A stretch of DNA of 64,000 nucleotides from an uncultured virus (IMG/VR IMGVR_UViG_3300024505_000605) (Duplodnaviria; Heunggongvirae; Uroviricota; Caudoviricetes): IMG/VR virus record IMGVR_UViG_3300024505_000605; one strand, written 5' to 3'. This document shows positions 44,773-54,186 of the stretch, in pieces. Every line of letters starts with the position of its first letter. The stretch's first letter is position 1. A program made the position numbers and the translations under genes. The notes below the pieces were generated by a model that saw only the letters and a program-made list of their open reading frames with translations, was not told the DNA's origin and did not search any database.

Positions 44773-45627
44773 TTAAAGCGTCGGCATTTCGTAGTCCTGT
44801 GTCGTATTGCAGTAGTGCTTCCAAATAACCTCAGCTGTATTACCAGCCCATTTAGCGACTTGCGCCACAGGTATTCCCGCCTCAATCCACCGGCTGATTG
44901 CTGTATGGCGCAGATCGTATGGCCGGTAACGGTGGCTAGTTAATCCGGCGCTGTGCAATTCCTTCGCTCTGTCATAGAAAAAGCTTTGGAACGCATATCT
45001 GTTGTACGGGAAAATATATTCGTTGTCCTTGTCAACAGATTCAAGAATATCCATGCACTTTTCGTTTAAAGGCACAACGCGTTTTTTGTTTGTTTTTGTG
45101 GAAAGTTTTAAGCCGTGCGTAAGGGTGTAATTGCAGTGGATCAACAGTTTTCCATCCTTTAGGTCAGTCCACTTGGCAGCGCGAACCTCGCCTGTACGCA
45201 TTGCTGTCTGCAACATAAATTCTGAATAAGCTGACCACCGTGCGCCACGTTTTGTTTGGCGAGCTTCCAATGCAGTAAGCAAAAGCGCCACTTCACTGCG
45301 CGGAATCACGATAATCTCTTCATCCATCTGGGGCGCTTTCGGCATCCGAAAACTAGCAATCGGATTTTTAGGCAGGTAGGCAATGTCTTCGCTGCTGACC
45401 CAGCGGTAAAGGGCCTTGACATACATCGCCACACGGCGGCTGGACTTGACGGGCTGCTGACCCAAAATCCATGTAAGAACCTGTCTGCCTTGCTCCAGTT
45501 CCGTAACCGGACAGCGCTCGATCCACTTATCGACTTGCCTGTAGTCCGCCATGAGACTGGTGGGACACAAGACGGCGGAACGTTCCGCGTGGAACTCGGC
45601 CCATGCGCTTTGGAGGGTGTGTGGCAC
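44773..45627 (-). CDS. Tyrosine recombinase (short, no arm-binding domain)
   Basis: TAMRTGE (R), KT, YDLRHT, WAGNT, KHY (Y). Confidence 0.9.
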   Translation of the reverse strand: MPHTLQSAWAEFHAERSAVLCPTSLMADYRQVDKWIERCPVTELEQGRQVLTWILGQQPVKSSRRVAMYVKALYRWVSSEDIAYLPKNPIASFRMPKAPQMDEEIIVIPRSEVALLLTALEARQTKRGARWSAYSEFMLQTAMRTGEVRAAKWTDLKDGKLLIHCNYTLTHGLKLSTKTNKKRVVPLNEKCMDILESVDKDNEYIFPYNRYAFQSFFYDRAKELHSAGLTSHRYRPYDLRHTAISRWIEAGIPVAQVAKWAGNTAEVIWKHYCNTTQDYEMPTL

Positions 45628-45650
45628 AGTAGTCGCCTACAAGGCCGAGT

Positions 45651-45679
45651 AAAGTACAGCCATACGTGCCTCCTGTCTA
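45651..45679 (-). promoter_or_regulatory. Sigma70-like promoter of the recombinase
   Basis: TAGACA-N17-TACTTT on the minus strand. Confidence 0.5.
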
Positions 45680-45691
45680 GGTCCAGTACAG

Positions 45692-46147
45692 ATGTTTCTG
45701 TTAGACGGCAAGCCACTGAGCCCAGACGTGGCGTTCACCCACGACGGCATCCAGTACCCCGCCAACTGGCTGCGTCTAGCAACACCTGAAGAGCGCACCG
45801 CCATCGGCATCACTGAAGAGCCTGATGCGCAGCCATATGATCAGCGCTTCTACTGGGGCTATGACGCCGAAGGAAATCTGATCCCCAAAGATCACGTCCA
45901 GCTGGTTGAGGAGTGGTCGCAGCAGACACGCACCACTGCTGGCACTTTGCTGCAGCCGACGGATTGGATGATCATCCGCCAAGCAGACAACGGCGTCGAA
46001 GCTGATCCCGCCATCAAAACTTGGCGTGAAGATATTCGCCTAGCTACTGGCGACAAGATCACTGCCATCGAGGCCACCACAACCACCGACGAACTTGCCG
46101 CCTACATCACTGGCGCTGACTACCCCGTATGGCCTGAGCAGAACTGA
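45692..46147 (+). CDS. Tail fibre assembly/chaperone-like protein, copy 2
   Basis: 144/151 aa identical to 3537..3992. Confidence 0.6.
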   Translation: MFLLDGKPLSPDVAFTHDGIQYPANWLRLATPEERTAIGITEEPDAQPYDQRFYWGYDAEGNLIPKDHVQLVEEWSQQTRTTAGTLLQPTDWMIIRQADNGVEADPAIKTWREDIRLATGDKITAIEATTTTDELAAYITGADYPVWPEQN

Positions 46148-46281
46148 TGGCCGTCAAGAGTAAAACCGGCACCGCGCGAATCGACCATCAGCCCGGCAAG
46201 CCTAAAAAAACTCGTCAAGGGCAAGGGCAAAATAGCCTGCCTAACCACGGTCGCAAAAAGACACGTGGGCAAGGTCGCTAA
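46147..46281 (+). CDS. Small basic protein (MAVKSK...GQGR)
   Basis: Homolog of 3992..4129. Confidence 0.75.
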   Translation: MAVKSKTGTARIDHQPGKPKKTRQGQGQNSLPNHGRKKTRGQGR

Positions 46282-46313
46282 ATTAGAAGCACGGGTTGAT
46301 GTTATGCCTCCAA

Positions 46314-46565
46314 ATGGACAACCACGAAGAGGCATACACGGCATCGCCTGAACCACCAAATCCGTTTAATCAAGCCGTCCCAGCTCTATTGACCGCAGCG
46401 GTCATTGGGTTGGGCGGTCTTTTTATGCAGGTTGCCAAGCTTGATCAATCGGTCAGTACAGTTGCCGCCGATATTCAAGAGCTAAAGAACGACAGCAAAG
46501 AGCGACTGGCTGATCTTGAGGGGAGGGTTAGGCAAATCGAAATGATGGTTGGCAGGCAAAAATAA
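46314..46565 (+). CDS. Single-TM coiled-coil protein
   Basis: Homolog of 4161..4415. Confidence 0.65.
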   Translation: MDNHEEAYTASPEPPNPFNQAVPALLTAAVIGLGGLFMQVAKLDQSVSTVAADIQELKNDSKERLADLEGRVRQIEMMVGRQK

Positions 46566-46597
46566 CGCCGTACACTGAAGAAAAGCGTTAATTCGCC

Positions 46598-46735
46598 ATG
46601 GATCCCACCACTGCTGCCGTTATTGCGATCATCATTGCTGCTGGCTCTGAGATCATCAGTCTGTTGCCGATCAAGGAAAACAGCTGGATTCAACTGATTC
46701 TGAAAGCCCTTAAGGTACTGTTCCCAAAGCGTTGA
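46598..46735 (+). CDS. Putative holin
   Basis: MDPTTAAVIAIIIAAGSE...NSWIQL...FPKR. Confidence 0.6.
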   Translation: MDPTTAAVIAIIIAAGSEIISLLPIKENSWIQLILKALKVLFPKR

Positions 46736-47013
46736 ATGCTGATACGGTATGGCTGGCGCGGTTTGGCGATAAGGACTGGCGGCATCATTTACGCCGCTGG
46801 GCGCAGGATCAGAAGTTTGAGAAGACGCTCAAGCCGCGCTTAGACCGTGAAGAGCAAGGGTGGCATCAGGCGCAACCGGAAGAGCTGAAGCCTGTTGTTG
46901 TGCACCACGAAATTGACGATACGCTGCAGACTGGCGACAGCCGCTTGTTAGGTGGCGCCATGAGCATTCACGCCCCTTGGAGCAATGACGCAGAATCAGA
47001 TTCGCCTGATTGA
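46732..47013 (+). CDS. Hypothetical lysis-region protein
   Basis: Coupled ORF between holin and endolysin. Confidence 0.55.
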   Translation: MNADTVWLARFGDKDWRHHLRRWAQDQKFEKTLKPRLDREEQGWHQAQPEELKPVVVHHEIDDTLQTGDSRLLGGAMSIHAPWSNDAESDSPD

Positions 47014-48037
47014 TCTGTTCAGGTTCTATAAGGCGGGCTTGCCACATCAGATGGCCGCCGTTAGCGAGCTTGAGGAGGCGATCAACAAGGCAAATCCGCA
47101 CATCCTTGGCCGTGATCAGGCGTGGTTTAAGACTTGGAGCCAATCTGGCAAGCAAGAGGAAAATAATCTGCAGCCTGCGCTTGATCTGATCAAAAAATGG
47201 GAAGGTCTGCGGCTTGAAGGTTATATCTGTCCTGCTGGTGTACCGACTGTTGGTTATGGCCATACCGGGCCAACTGTGAAGGAAGGAATGAAGATCACGG
47301 AAGCTGATGCTGAGGCGTTGCTTCTGTCTGATGTTGAGCGTTTTGCCCGTGCTGTTGATTCACAGATCCGCGTGCCGCTGACAGACAATCAGCGTTGTGC
47401 TTTGATCAGCTTTGCGTTCAATGTTGGTACTGGTGCATTGATGGATAGCACGTTGCGTAAGCGGCTAAACAATGGCGAAAATGCGCAAAAGGTGGCGATG
47501 GAAGAGCTGCCGAGGTGGAACAAAGGTGGCGGCAAAGTGCTGGAAGGCTTGGTACGCCGTCGGCGTGATGAACTTGATCTGTTCCTCAAAGGCACTAAAC
47601 CGCTGACGAATGATGTGCGTTTTACGCCTGATAAGCCGTTCAATTTTCAGGTAACGCCGAACATTAAATACGGCGAGTTGACATTAAACCAAGAGGCCAG
47701 AAGATTTAATAAGCAACATCAATGCGATACGGCGCTGATGCTTTGCCAATTTGCTGAGCGTGCACGTACGGCGTTTGGCAATAAGCCAGTAGTAATTACA
47801 AGCGGCTACAGGCCAGCGAAGATCAACGCTGAGGCTGGCGGATCAGCTAGGTCGGAGCATTTGTACGACGCACCTGATACTGGAGCCATTGATTTTTACG
47901 TTGAAGGCGTAAATACTTATGAGCTGCAGAAGTGGGCTGATGCTCACTGGGGTTACTCGCTTGGATATGGCGCACCTAAAGGTTTCATTCACGTCGGCAT
48001 CCGGCCAGGGCGTCCTAGAGTCCGCTGGGATTATTGA
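46985..48037 (+). CDS. Endolysin: GH24 lysozyme plus peptidase M15
   Basis: IKKWEGLRL..Y.CPAGVPTVGYGHT, FNVG, GLVRRR; TSGYR, SEH..AID, FIHV. Confidence 0.9.
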   Translation: MTQNQIRLIDLFRFYKAGLPHQMAAVSELEEAINKANPHILGRDQAWFKTWSQSGKQEENNLQPALDLIKKWEGLRLEGYICPAGVPTVGYGHTGPTVKEGMKITEADAEALLLSDVERFARAVDSQIRVPLTDNQRCALISFAFNVGTGALMDSTLRKRLNNGENAQKVAMEELPRWNKGGGKVLEGLVRRRRDELDLFLKGTKPLTNDVRFTPDKPFNFQVTPNIKYGELTLNQEARRFNKQHQCDTALMLCQFAERARTAFGNKPVVITSGYRPAKINAEAGGSARSEHLYDAPDTGAIDFYVEGVNTYELQKWADAHWGYSLGYGAPKGFIHVGIRPGRPRVRWDY

Positions 48038-48043
48038 GTTTGA

Positions 48044-48595
48044 ATGCTGCTGCCTGATTCGGAGATTCGCGCACTGTGCCAAAGCCATGCGCTGATTCAT
48101 CCGTTTGATCCTGAGCGCCTTAACCCGGCTAGTTATGACGTGGCCTTGGGTGACAACATCATGCTTGAGGTTGCGGAAACGCCCGAGCTGATCAGGCACA
48201 GCATTGCCGGCCACACAAAGGAAGATCCGTATTGGCTGCAGCCAGGTGAATTCATCCTTGCCGAAACGGAAGAGATCTTCAACCTGCCTGATGACCCGGC
48301 GATTGCTGCGCAGTTTGTACTGAAATCAAGCCGTGCCCGTTCTGGCATTCAGCACATGCTGGCCGGATTTTGTGATCCTGGGTGGCATGGCAGCAGGCTG
48401 ACGCTTGAGCTTAAAAATGTACGCGTAAAGCACAAGGTTGCTTTGTGGCCTGGCCTACTAATTGGTCAAATGGTCTTCATGCCACTTTCTGATAACCCTG
48501 AGCGGTCCTACGCCGAGATCGGTCATTACAACGGTCATACAACCGTCATGCCATCTTGGGAAACTTTTAAGGCTTCTGTTGTCGTCACTCCCTAG
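48044..48595 (+). CDS. dcd: dCTP deaminase (unit 2)
   Basis: NPASYDV, LKSSRAR.G, AGFCDPG..G..LTLE. Confidence 0.9.
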   Translation: MLLPDSEIRALCQSHALIHPFDPERLNPASYDVALGDNIMLEVAETPELIRHSIAGHTKEDPYWLQPGEFILAETEEIFNLPDDPAIAAQFVLKSSRARSGIQHMLAGFCDPGWHGSRLTLELKNVRVKHKVALWPGLLIGQMVFMPLSDNPERSYAEIGHYNGHTTVMPSWETFKASVVVTP

Positions 48596-48616
48596 ATTGA
48601 GCTGGGAGAAGGATCC

Positions 48617-48649
48617 AACCGCTCAGAGTCAAGGCTGGGCGGTTTTTTT
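48617..48649 (+). terminator. Intrinsic terminator
   Basis: aaccgctcag...ctgggcggtt plus T run. Confidence 0.75.
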
Positions 48650-48654
48650 ATTGC

Positions 48655-48825
48655 TCAGTGATCTGGCCCTTGCTCGTGTCGTAGCTCATTGGGTAGATCG
48701 GGACTCTGCAGGAAATGTATAGAAAATTCCTGATACCCACGCTGGTGAGCCCATAGCTGAACGGCGCCAACTGTACGGAATGGCCCGACCCGTGTTCTGT
48801 CAGGAAGCTTGATGTAGTAATTCAT
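48655..48825 (-). CDS. Hypothetical protein (56 aa)
   Basis: MNYYIKLPDRTRVGPF read by hand. Confidence 0.5.
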   Translation of the reverse strand: MNYYIKLPDRTRVGPFRTVGAVQLWAHQRGYQEFSIHFLQSPDLPNELRHEQGPDH

Positions 48826-48868
48826 ATCGGTGGTCGTGGCTACCGTTTAGAAAATCAGTGGCTACCGC

Positions 48869-49180
48869 GTGGTTGAGCACATTGATGGCACCGAGCTTGT
48901 ACGCAAACGTGATGCAAAGCGAAGATTCCGTGATCAGGTATTGCTGCACTTTAATTATCACTGCGCGTATTGCTTTGAACCATTAGGCAGGTCACCAACG
49001 CTTGATCACGTATTGCCGAAAGCCAAAGGTGGCACGAGCGAAATGAATAACCTTGTGGCGTGTTGTTTCGGGTGCAATATGTCAAAAGGACATAAAGATT
49101 GGAGGGTTTGGTATAGAAGTTTGCCGTTTTGGTCGGAGATTGGCGAGGCAAGGATCATGGACTGGGTTAATCAGGAATAA
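48869..49180 (+). CDS. Small HNH endonuclease
   Basis: CAYC..TLDHVLP..GG..NLVACCFGCN. Confidence 0.85.
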   Translation: MVEHIDGTELVRKRDAKRRFRDQVLLHFNYHCAYCFEPLGRSPTLDHVLPKAKGGTSEMNNLVACCFGCNMSKGHKDWRVWYRSLPFWSEIGEARIMDWVNQE

Positions 49181-49205
49181 AAAAGCGGCTTGCGCCGCCA
49201 GTGAC

Positions 49206-49379
49206 TTAAGGGCTTGTCATTTGATGTTGGTAAACCTGCGCCTGCCAAAGATCACTTGAATACCTACACATTCCTTGGTAGCAAGTGCGGTAGTACATTT
49301 CACCGCCATCAGCAGGTTCAAGGGTTTCGATATAACTACCATCGTCAAATTCAGTCTTGCTCAGCACTATCGGTTCCAT
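49206..49379 (-). CDS. Hypothetical protein
   Basis: Homolog of 4412..4594; start at MEPIVL. Confidence 0.6.
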   Translation of the reverse strand: MEPIVLSKTEFDDGSYIETLEPADGGEMYYRTCYQGMCRYSSDLWQAQVYQHQMTSP

Positions 49380-51501
49380 CGTCATACAGGTGGCATTGGG
49401 CAGCGAACTTACCGTAGGCGGTCTGCTTGGCTTCGGGGAATTCAAATTCACAGCCATTGCCGCCATTGTTGACGCGCAAAACCGACCAATGACAGCAATC
49501 CCAGCAGCTCAGGTGCGTCAACGCAGGTGGATCGAGCTGTTCGTATTGTTGGCCTTTTTTTAGGCTTTGGTAGATATTGTGAGCCCGAACAAAGGCGGTC
49601 TTCAGGTTCGTGGTCTGAAGGTCGATAACGACAAAGGCACCGCCTTGTTTGGGCAGTTTGACTTTGGCACGCCAGTTTTCAACGAGCGTTCGCCGTTCTA
49701 AAACAACTCGGCCGTTGAAAAGGTTGATCATTTCATTCGTCTTCGCCGTAGGACGGCATATGAAACAGCCGCTCTAGGTTGAAATGATCTGGTGCCATCT
49801 CGTCAGGTTGTTGGCCTTCAACGCACGGATCGTTGAGATCGCGCACGATGTAGGTCACCGGTGTGTGCCGCAGCCTGACTTGAATAGTGCCGACACGCTT
49901 ACTGCGAGCAAGGACGTTAAAGCACCAATTTTCAAAACGATTGAGGAATGGAACTTTGACGGCCATGTTTAGTTGCGTGGCAGTAGGTGACTTGTCAAAA
50001 CGGTGATAGCAGTATCAGCGTACCGGCTAGCCAGCTCACTGTCAGTAACACCAAGAGCACGGATGAGATCAGCGCGAAGCACGCTGTAATCCAAGTCACG
50101 AATAGTTCCGGCAACGTCATAGGCGAAACGCTCCCACACACCCGTGTAGGTGTGATCAGTGCTGTACTGCTGGTAGAGGGTTTCCATGAAATCAGCGCGG
50201 CGCCGGTCAAGTTCAACACGATTCAGCATGGGTTTTGGCTAGTGCGAGTGCTTCTGATCTTGTGTCGCAGAGTGGACCACGCCATACGGCTGTGCCATCC
50301 CAGCACCACGGTTCAAAGGCTGAGTTGAGACCATAACCGACCCAATCAGCTCCGTAGCAGTAATGCCTTGGGCTGTCATATCGGTTGGCTTCCGCCTTGA
50401 TCGGCGCCATTGGCTATCGGGCAGTTTGCCTGTTGATAGCGGATAAATGGCTGTAGTGCAGCGTGCATACGGGCGTAATGATCAATCGTGTGATTGTTGA
50501 ACCGTGGCGCCCAGTATTCGGCAAGGCACTGTTGAAGAATGGTCTGGATTTCGGCTGTAGAGGTAACAGGCTGAGGCGAATTCGGGTTCATCTATTGCCT
50601 CTGGGAAGCCGTAGGAGCATTCGCCGCGTCTGTATTCGGTGCAGTTGTGGCAGTGCTTGGCATCAGCAAGACGGGATTTGGGAATGCTGTTTTTAATGCG
50701 AACTGGAATACGCGGGATTTCTGGGGCAACGTCCGTCCATAATTTGCCATTGCGTACCAAAGAAATCGCCTGCCGAGTCACACCGAATTCCTGCCCCAAC
50801 GTGTAATTGTCTTTGTCGGATTGCAGGATGTAGATGATGTCAGTAGGCGAGAGCTTGGCGTTGTGAGGGCGTGCCATCAAAAACGAGGGAGTTTGACCTC
50901 ACTATGGCGATCAGGCGTTAGCCACTGCAGTTCGCGGTAATGGGTGCCCCATGTTTCGTGCGCCAGTTGCTTTGCTTCAGTGAAGCCGCAGGCCACCACC
51001 CAGTCGTAGATGTTGATTGACGGGATGGTGAAGTAGAAGCGACGGGGTTGGGGCTGAAGTTGAGTTTTCATCGTTGTTCGATGGGACGTTTGGAGAGATA
51101 GAGCTGGGAGACTTGATAGCTGGCACCGGTAGAAAAGCTTTGAACGATGTAGGTGGGCCATGAGCAGCCCTCTACCTTGGCAATCACTGTTGCCTCTACT
51201 TGCGGCCAGCCACGGACGTAACAAGGCATGCCGGGATGGAAACGCCATAGATCACGTTCAGCTCTAACGCCGCGTGAATTAGGCGACATTTTGTAGGTCT
51301 TTTGGCCGAGCGGAATCACAGGCGCAACCATGCCGGCGCACTGGGCGGAAAGAACGACGTAGCTCATTTTGTGGTGGTGTAGATGGCGTGCTGAGTGCCG
51401 CTGTGGTGAGCGGTTTTGAGTGTCAATCCGTCGTGAATGATGACGCCGAAGATTGCTGCCGGAAGGACAAACAGCAGCAGGTTGTAGACAGTGTTTTTCA
51501 T
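49351..51501 (-). other. Operon of about nine small hypothetical genes, including HTH/Cys protein 50482..50880
   Basis: Abutting minus-strand ORFs ending at 49351, 49733, 49969, 50213, 50376, 50482, 50877, 51068 and 51364. Confidence 0.6.
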
Positions 51502-51567
51502 GGTGCGGTGTGGGTTGTCGGTTGGCCAGGTCGCCCCGGTTGCGTGAATGGTAGCGGCTATTTGGGC

Positions 51568-51579
51568 GGAGTAAACCCC
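51568..51579. promoter_or_regulatory. Operator palindrome copy GGAGTAAACCCC
   Basis: One of four intergenic copies. Confidence 0.55.
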
Positions 51580-51647
51580 GAAAACAGTGCTGTTGCAATT
51601 CGTGATGTAGACACGGCCTCTAGCGTGAATGTGCTACCGCCACTGCC

Positions 51648-51869
51648 ATGGATCACGAAGCATGGGATTGGATGACTCTTAAGGTCGATCCAACCTCCCA
51701 ATTCAACGTAGAAAAAGAGGCCAGACGCTTGGAGAACACCCCCAACGCCGGCCCCATTGCCGCTCAGTTGTACAGAGCCTGGAATATGCAGCAAACGCTG
51801 CTGCAGCAGGCAACCAACCGAATCGCAGCCCTAGAGCTGCAACTGATGAAAGATCAAGCGGATGCCTGA
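51648..51869 (+). CDS. Hypothetical protein
   Basis: Lone plus-strand ORF with coiled-coil end. Confidence 0.6.
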   Translation: MDHEAWDWMTLKVDPTSQFNVEKEARRLENTPNAGPIAAQLYRAWNMQQTLLQQATNRIAALELQLMKDQADA

Positions 51870-52198
51870 ACGTTCTTCCAAGTCTTGCCGTACTTGATCA
51901 GATTCACGGTTGTGACATGAACGCCGTAATCATTGGCGATCTTTTGTGCTGATTCTCCGCCAGCAGCCAGGCGGGCTTTGATCTCAGCCACCTTCTGTTC
52001 GTTGAGTGCACCGCGCTTACGCTTGGCCTTGCGAGGTTTGCTGACGATAGAAGGTGTTTCGGCTGCGTCGGTTACTGCCTTGGGTTGAGCCGCGCCGGCT
52101 TTGATGACCTGTGCGCTTTCGATCAGGCGCTGAATCTGGCCGATGCGATTGTTCAGCTCAACAAGTTGGGAATCGGTAAGGATGATCATGGTTGACAT
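51854..52198 (-). CDS. HTH DNA-binding protein
   Basis: Homolog of the ORF ending at 11822. Confidence 0.7.
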   Translation of the reverse strand: MSTMIILTDSQLVELNNRIGQIQRLIESAQVIKAGAAQPKAVTDAAETPSIVSKPRKAKRKRGALNEQKVAEIKARLAAGGESAQKIANDYGVHVTTVNLIKYGKTWKNVQASA

Positions 52199-52494
52199 CA
52201 GAAAGAGGATTCAGGGGATTCGGGCTTGAGCGGTGTAAAGGAGCCCTTGTTGCCCCACTTTCCGCCCCACAACGAAAAACCGATCTGCTCGGTGTATTCG
52301 TCTTTGCCGGTGTAAATGCGGATCTTCTGGCCTTTGGCTTCCGCCTGTTCGGCCATTGTCATCAGGTAGCTGGCCGCGGCCATGGCCTGTTCTGAGGTGA
52401 AGTCCACCACGATGTTTTCCTCGGGTGACTTGTCGCTTTTGCGGTTGCGATTTTCCTGGATTCGGAATTTCGCCGTGAAGGCAGTTTCAGCCAT
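52198..52494 (-). CDS. Hypothetical protein
   Basis: Coupled ORF next to the annealase operon. Confidence 0.65.
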   Translation of the reverse strand: MAETAFTAKFRIQENRNRKSDKSPEENIVVDFTSEQAMAAASYLMTMAEQAEAKGQKIRIYTGKDEYTEQIGFSLWGGKWGNKGSFTPLKPESPESSF

Positions 52495-52669
52495 GAGTAG
52501 CTAGGAAGGTTGCGATGATGTGGCGAAGGGCTTGATTGATGTTCTGCCCCGATTTGGCGCAGTAAGCCCTTAGTTGACGGTGAAGATCAGCCGGAAGTTT
52601 TGCCGCTACACAAAAGCGGTTTTTCTTGCGGTTGAGTTCCTCTGCGGTTTTGGGCCGGCGCCCTGTCAT
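52487..52669 (-). CDS. Ribbon-helix-helix protein
   Basis: VAAKLPADLHRQL...NINQALR. Confidence 0.65.
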   Translation of the reverse strand: MTGRRPKTAEELNRKKNRFCVAAKLPADLHRQLRAYCAKSGQNINQALRHIIATFLATHG

Positions 52670-53376
52670 ACGGGATTTTCAGCGATGTACTTTTCAATGA
52701 ATTCCTTGTGTTCGGGGAATTGGATGCGATCAGCAATACGCGGCGCCATGATCTTGAACTGCTTTTTGAAGGCAGCAATCAGATCGTCACGCTTGTCGTA
52801 TGCCTTCACCATGGCCTTCACTTCCTCAACCTGATCGTCGGTCAGGAAAGTGATCTTGGATTCAGGCTTGGCCTTGGTCTTGGGTTCAGGCTTTGGCTGA
52901 GTGTCCTGCACTTGGGACGGTTCGGCCTTGGGCGCTTCCTGCTGCAGTGCAGGCTTGGTATCACGGTGCGGATTTTCTACCGGCTCCCGCGCCCAGAGTT
53001 GCCAGCCAAGACCAAACTGAGCAGCAGCAGCGGTACAAAGACAACGGCGGTGCGCATCGGTGAGATCACGCGCTGTGACCTTTTCAAACGCAATCGCGTT
53101 GTTGCGGTTGTCCATAACCGCCTGAGGGAAGTACGGCGTTTCGTGGCCGCTGGCGTGCTCAAAGAACCCGACCACATAAGCGGTTCCGTCGGGGGCCTTC
53201 CATGCGTGACCTGTTTCGTGATGAGCCTGTAAAGCGAACTGCCAGCCAGGCGCATGGTCGTGAAGTAGGTGGGAAACGCGACACCAGTTGATGTAATCAG
53301 CGGCGTAGGAGCCGGTTCCTTTGGTTGATACATCAGCCTGAGTGATCACATCCCCGAGGTTGGGGTAATCAGTCAT
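52666..53376 (-). CDS. Sak/Rad52-like single-strand annealing protein (DUF1071-like)
   Basis: DYINW, VMDNRNNAI, D..RRCL...A.FGLG..LW. Confidence 0.7.
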   Translation of the reverse strand: MTDYPNLGDVITQADVSTKGTGSYAADYINWCRVSHLLHDHAPGWQFALQAHHETGHAWKAPDGTAYVVGFFEHASGHETPYFPQAVMDNRNNAIAFEKVTARDLTDAHRRCLCTAAAAQFGLGWQLWAREPVENPHRDTKPALQQEAPKAEPSQVQDTQPKPEPKTKAKPESKITFLTDDQVEEVKAMVKAYDKRDDLIAAFKKQFKIMAPRIADRIQFPEHKEFIEKYIAENPV

Positions 53377-53428
53377 AAGCGTGCGGTGATGTGTGGTGAT
53401 CGGAGAGGACGGGGCTTCGGACCCATCT

Positions 53429-53459
53429 GGAGTATACCCTTAAATTTGAGATACGACAA
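53429..53459 (-). promoter_or_regulatory. Promoter with overlapping operator
   Basis: TTGTCG-N17-TATACT; GGAGTATACCCT. Confidence 0.65.
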
Positions 53460-54186
53460 CCCAGTGGTAACCGCCTGCCCTGTGGCCATGCTTAGCCGAT
53501 GCGTAAATGGCCGACGGATCAACAAACACCTCCCTGGCCGCCGCCCTATAGCTCTTGTAGATATTTCCTGTTTCCACGCACCTAACCGTTGTGGGGTTGT
53601 AGCGATTGGGTAGGTGCACCTTGGGTTGCGCCATGATCAGCTCAACAAGCTTGCGATCCTCAAGCGCGACAAACAGGCCATCTGGATTGAAGTGCCTGAA
53701 CAGTTCAGGGCGCTTGCGGGCGAAACGCCTTAGCTCTGCGCGGCTTACAAACCAAGGCTGATTTGGGTGGTCTGATTCGCGTTCAGCCCTCAAACCTTTT
53801 TTCACCAACTTGTAAACCAAGTGTCTTGTTGTATCGAACATCTCGGCCAACTGATTCAGTTTGTACCAGTCCAGCTCCGGCATCAAAGGAATGCCAAGCA
53901 ACCGCAGCTTGCAGCGAAACGCGGCCTCTGATCGTTTGGGGAATCCACGCTCTGCCGCCATTCGGCAATACGTCATGTACAACCGCTTCGGCGGCATTGA
54001 GGTGCTGAGCTGTTCGATAATGTCCAATTCACCTTTGACCCAACGCCTTGCATTTCTGCTGACATAACGGCGATGGCAAAGCGCACTGCAGGTCAGTCGT
54101 TGACTTTTGTGATTTCCCTTCAAGATTGGGATAACAAAGACTGACTGGCAAACGACGCATTCCCGTCGATTCTTTGATCCTTTCAC
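53440..54186 (-). CDS. DNA-binding protein with N-terminal Zn finger and C-terminal NUMOD1-like domain
   Basis: CVVC...TCSALC; VRCVETGNIYKS..AAA...AGGYHW. Confidence 0.65.
   Translation of the reverse strand: MKGSKNRRECVVCQSVFVIPILKGNHKSQRLTCSALCHRRYVSRNARRWVKGELDIIEQLSTSMPPKRLYMTYCRMAAERGFPKRSEAAFRCKLRLLGIPLMPELDWYKLNQLAEMFDTTRHLVYKLVKKGLRAERESDHPNQPWFVSRAELRRFARKRPELFRHFNPDGLFVALEDRKLVELIMAQPKVHLPNRYNPTTVRCVETGNIYKSYRAAAREVFVDPSAIYASAKHGHRAGGYHWVVVSQI

Noticed and set aside
44655..44828. Short ORF MTHSFSELTKGISQKRREQIEQRK resembling an antitoxin N-terminus
   Set aside because: No HTH or toxin partner, and it runs into the recombinase 3' end; probably a remnant
48655..48825. tRNA-like start (gtagctcattgggtaga)
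   Set aside because: No T-arm or acceptor stem; a 56-aa minus-strand ORF explains the region
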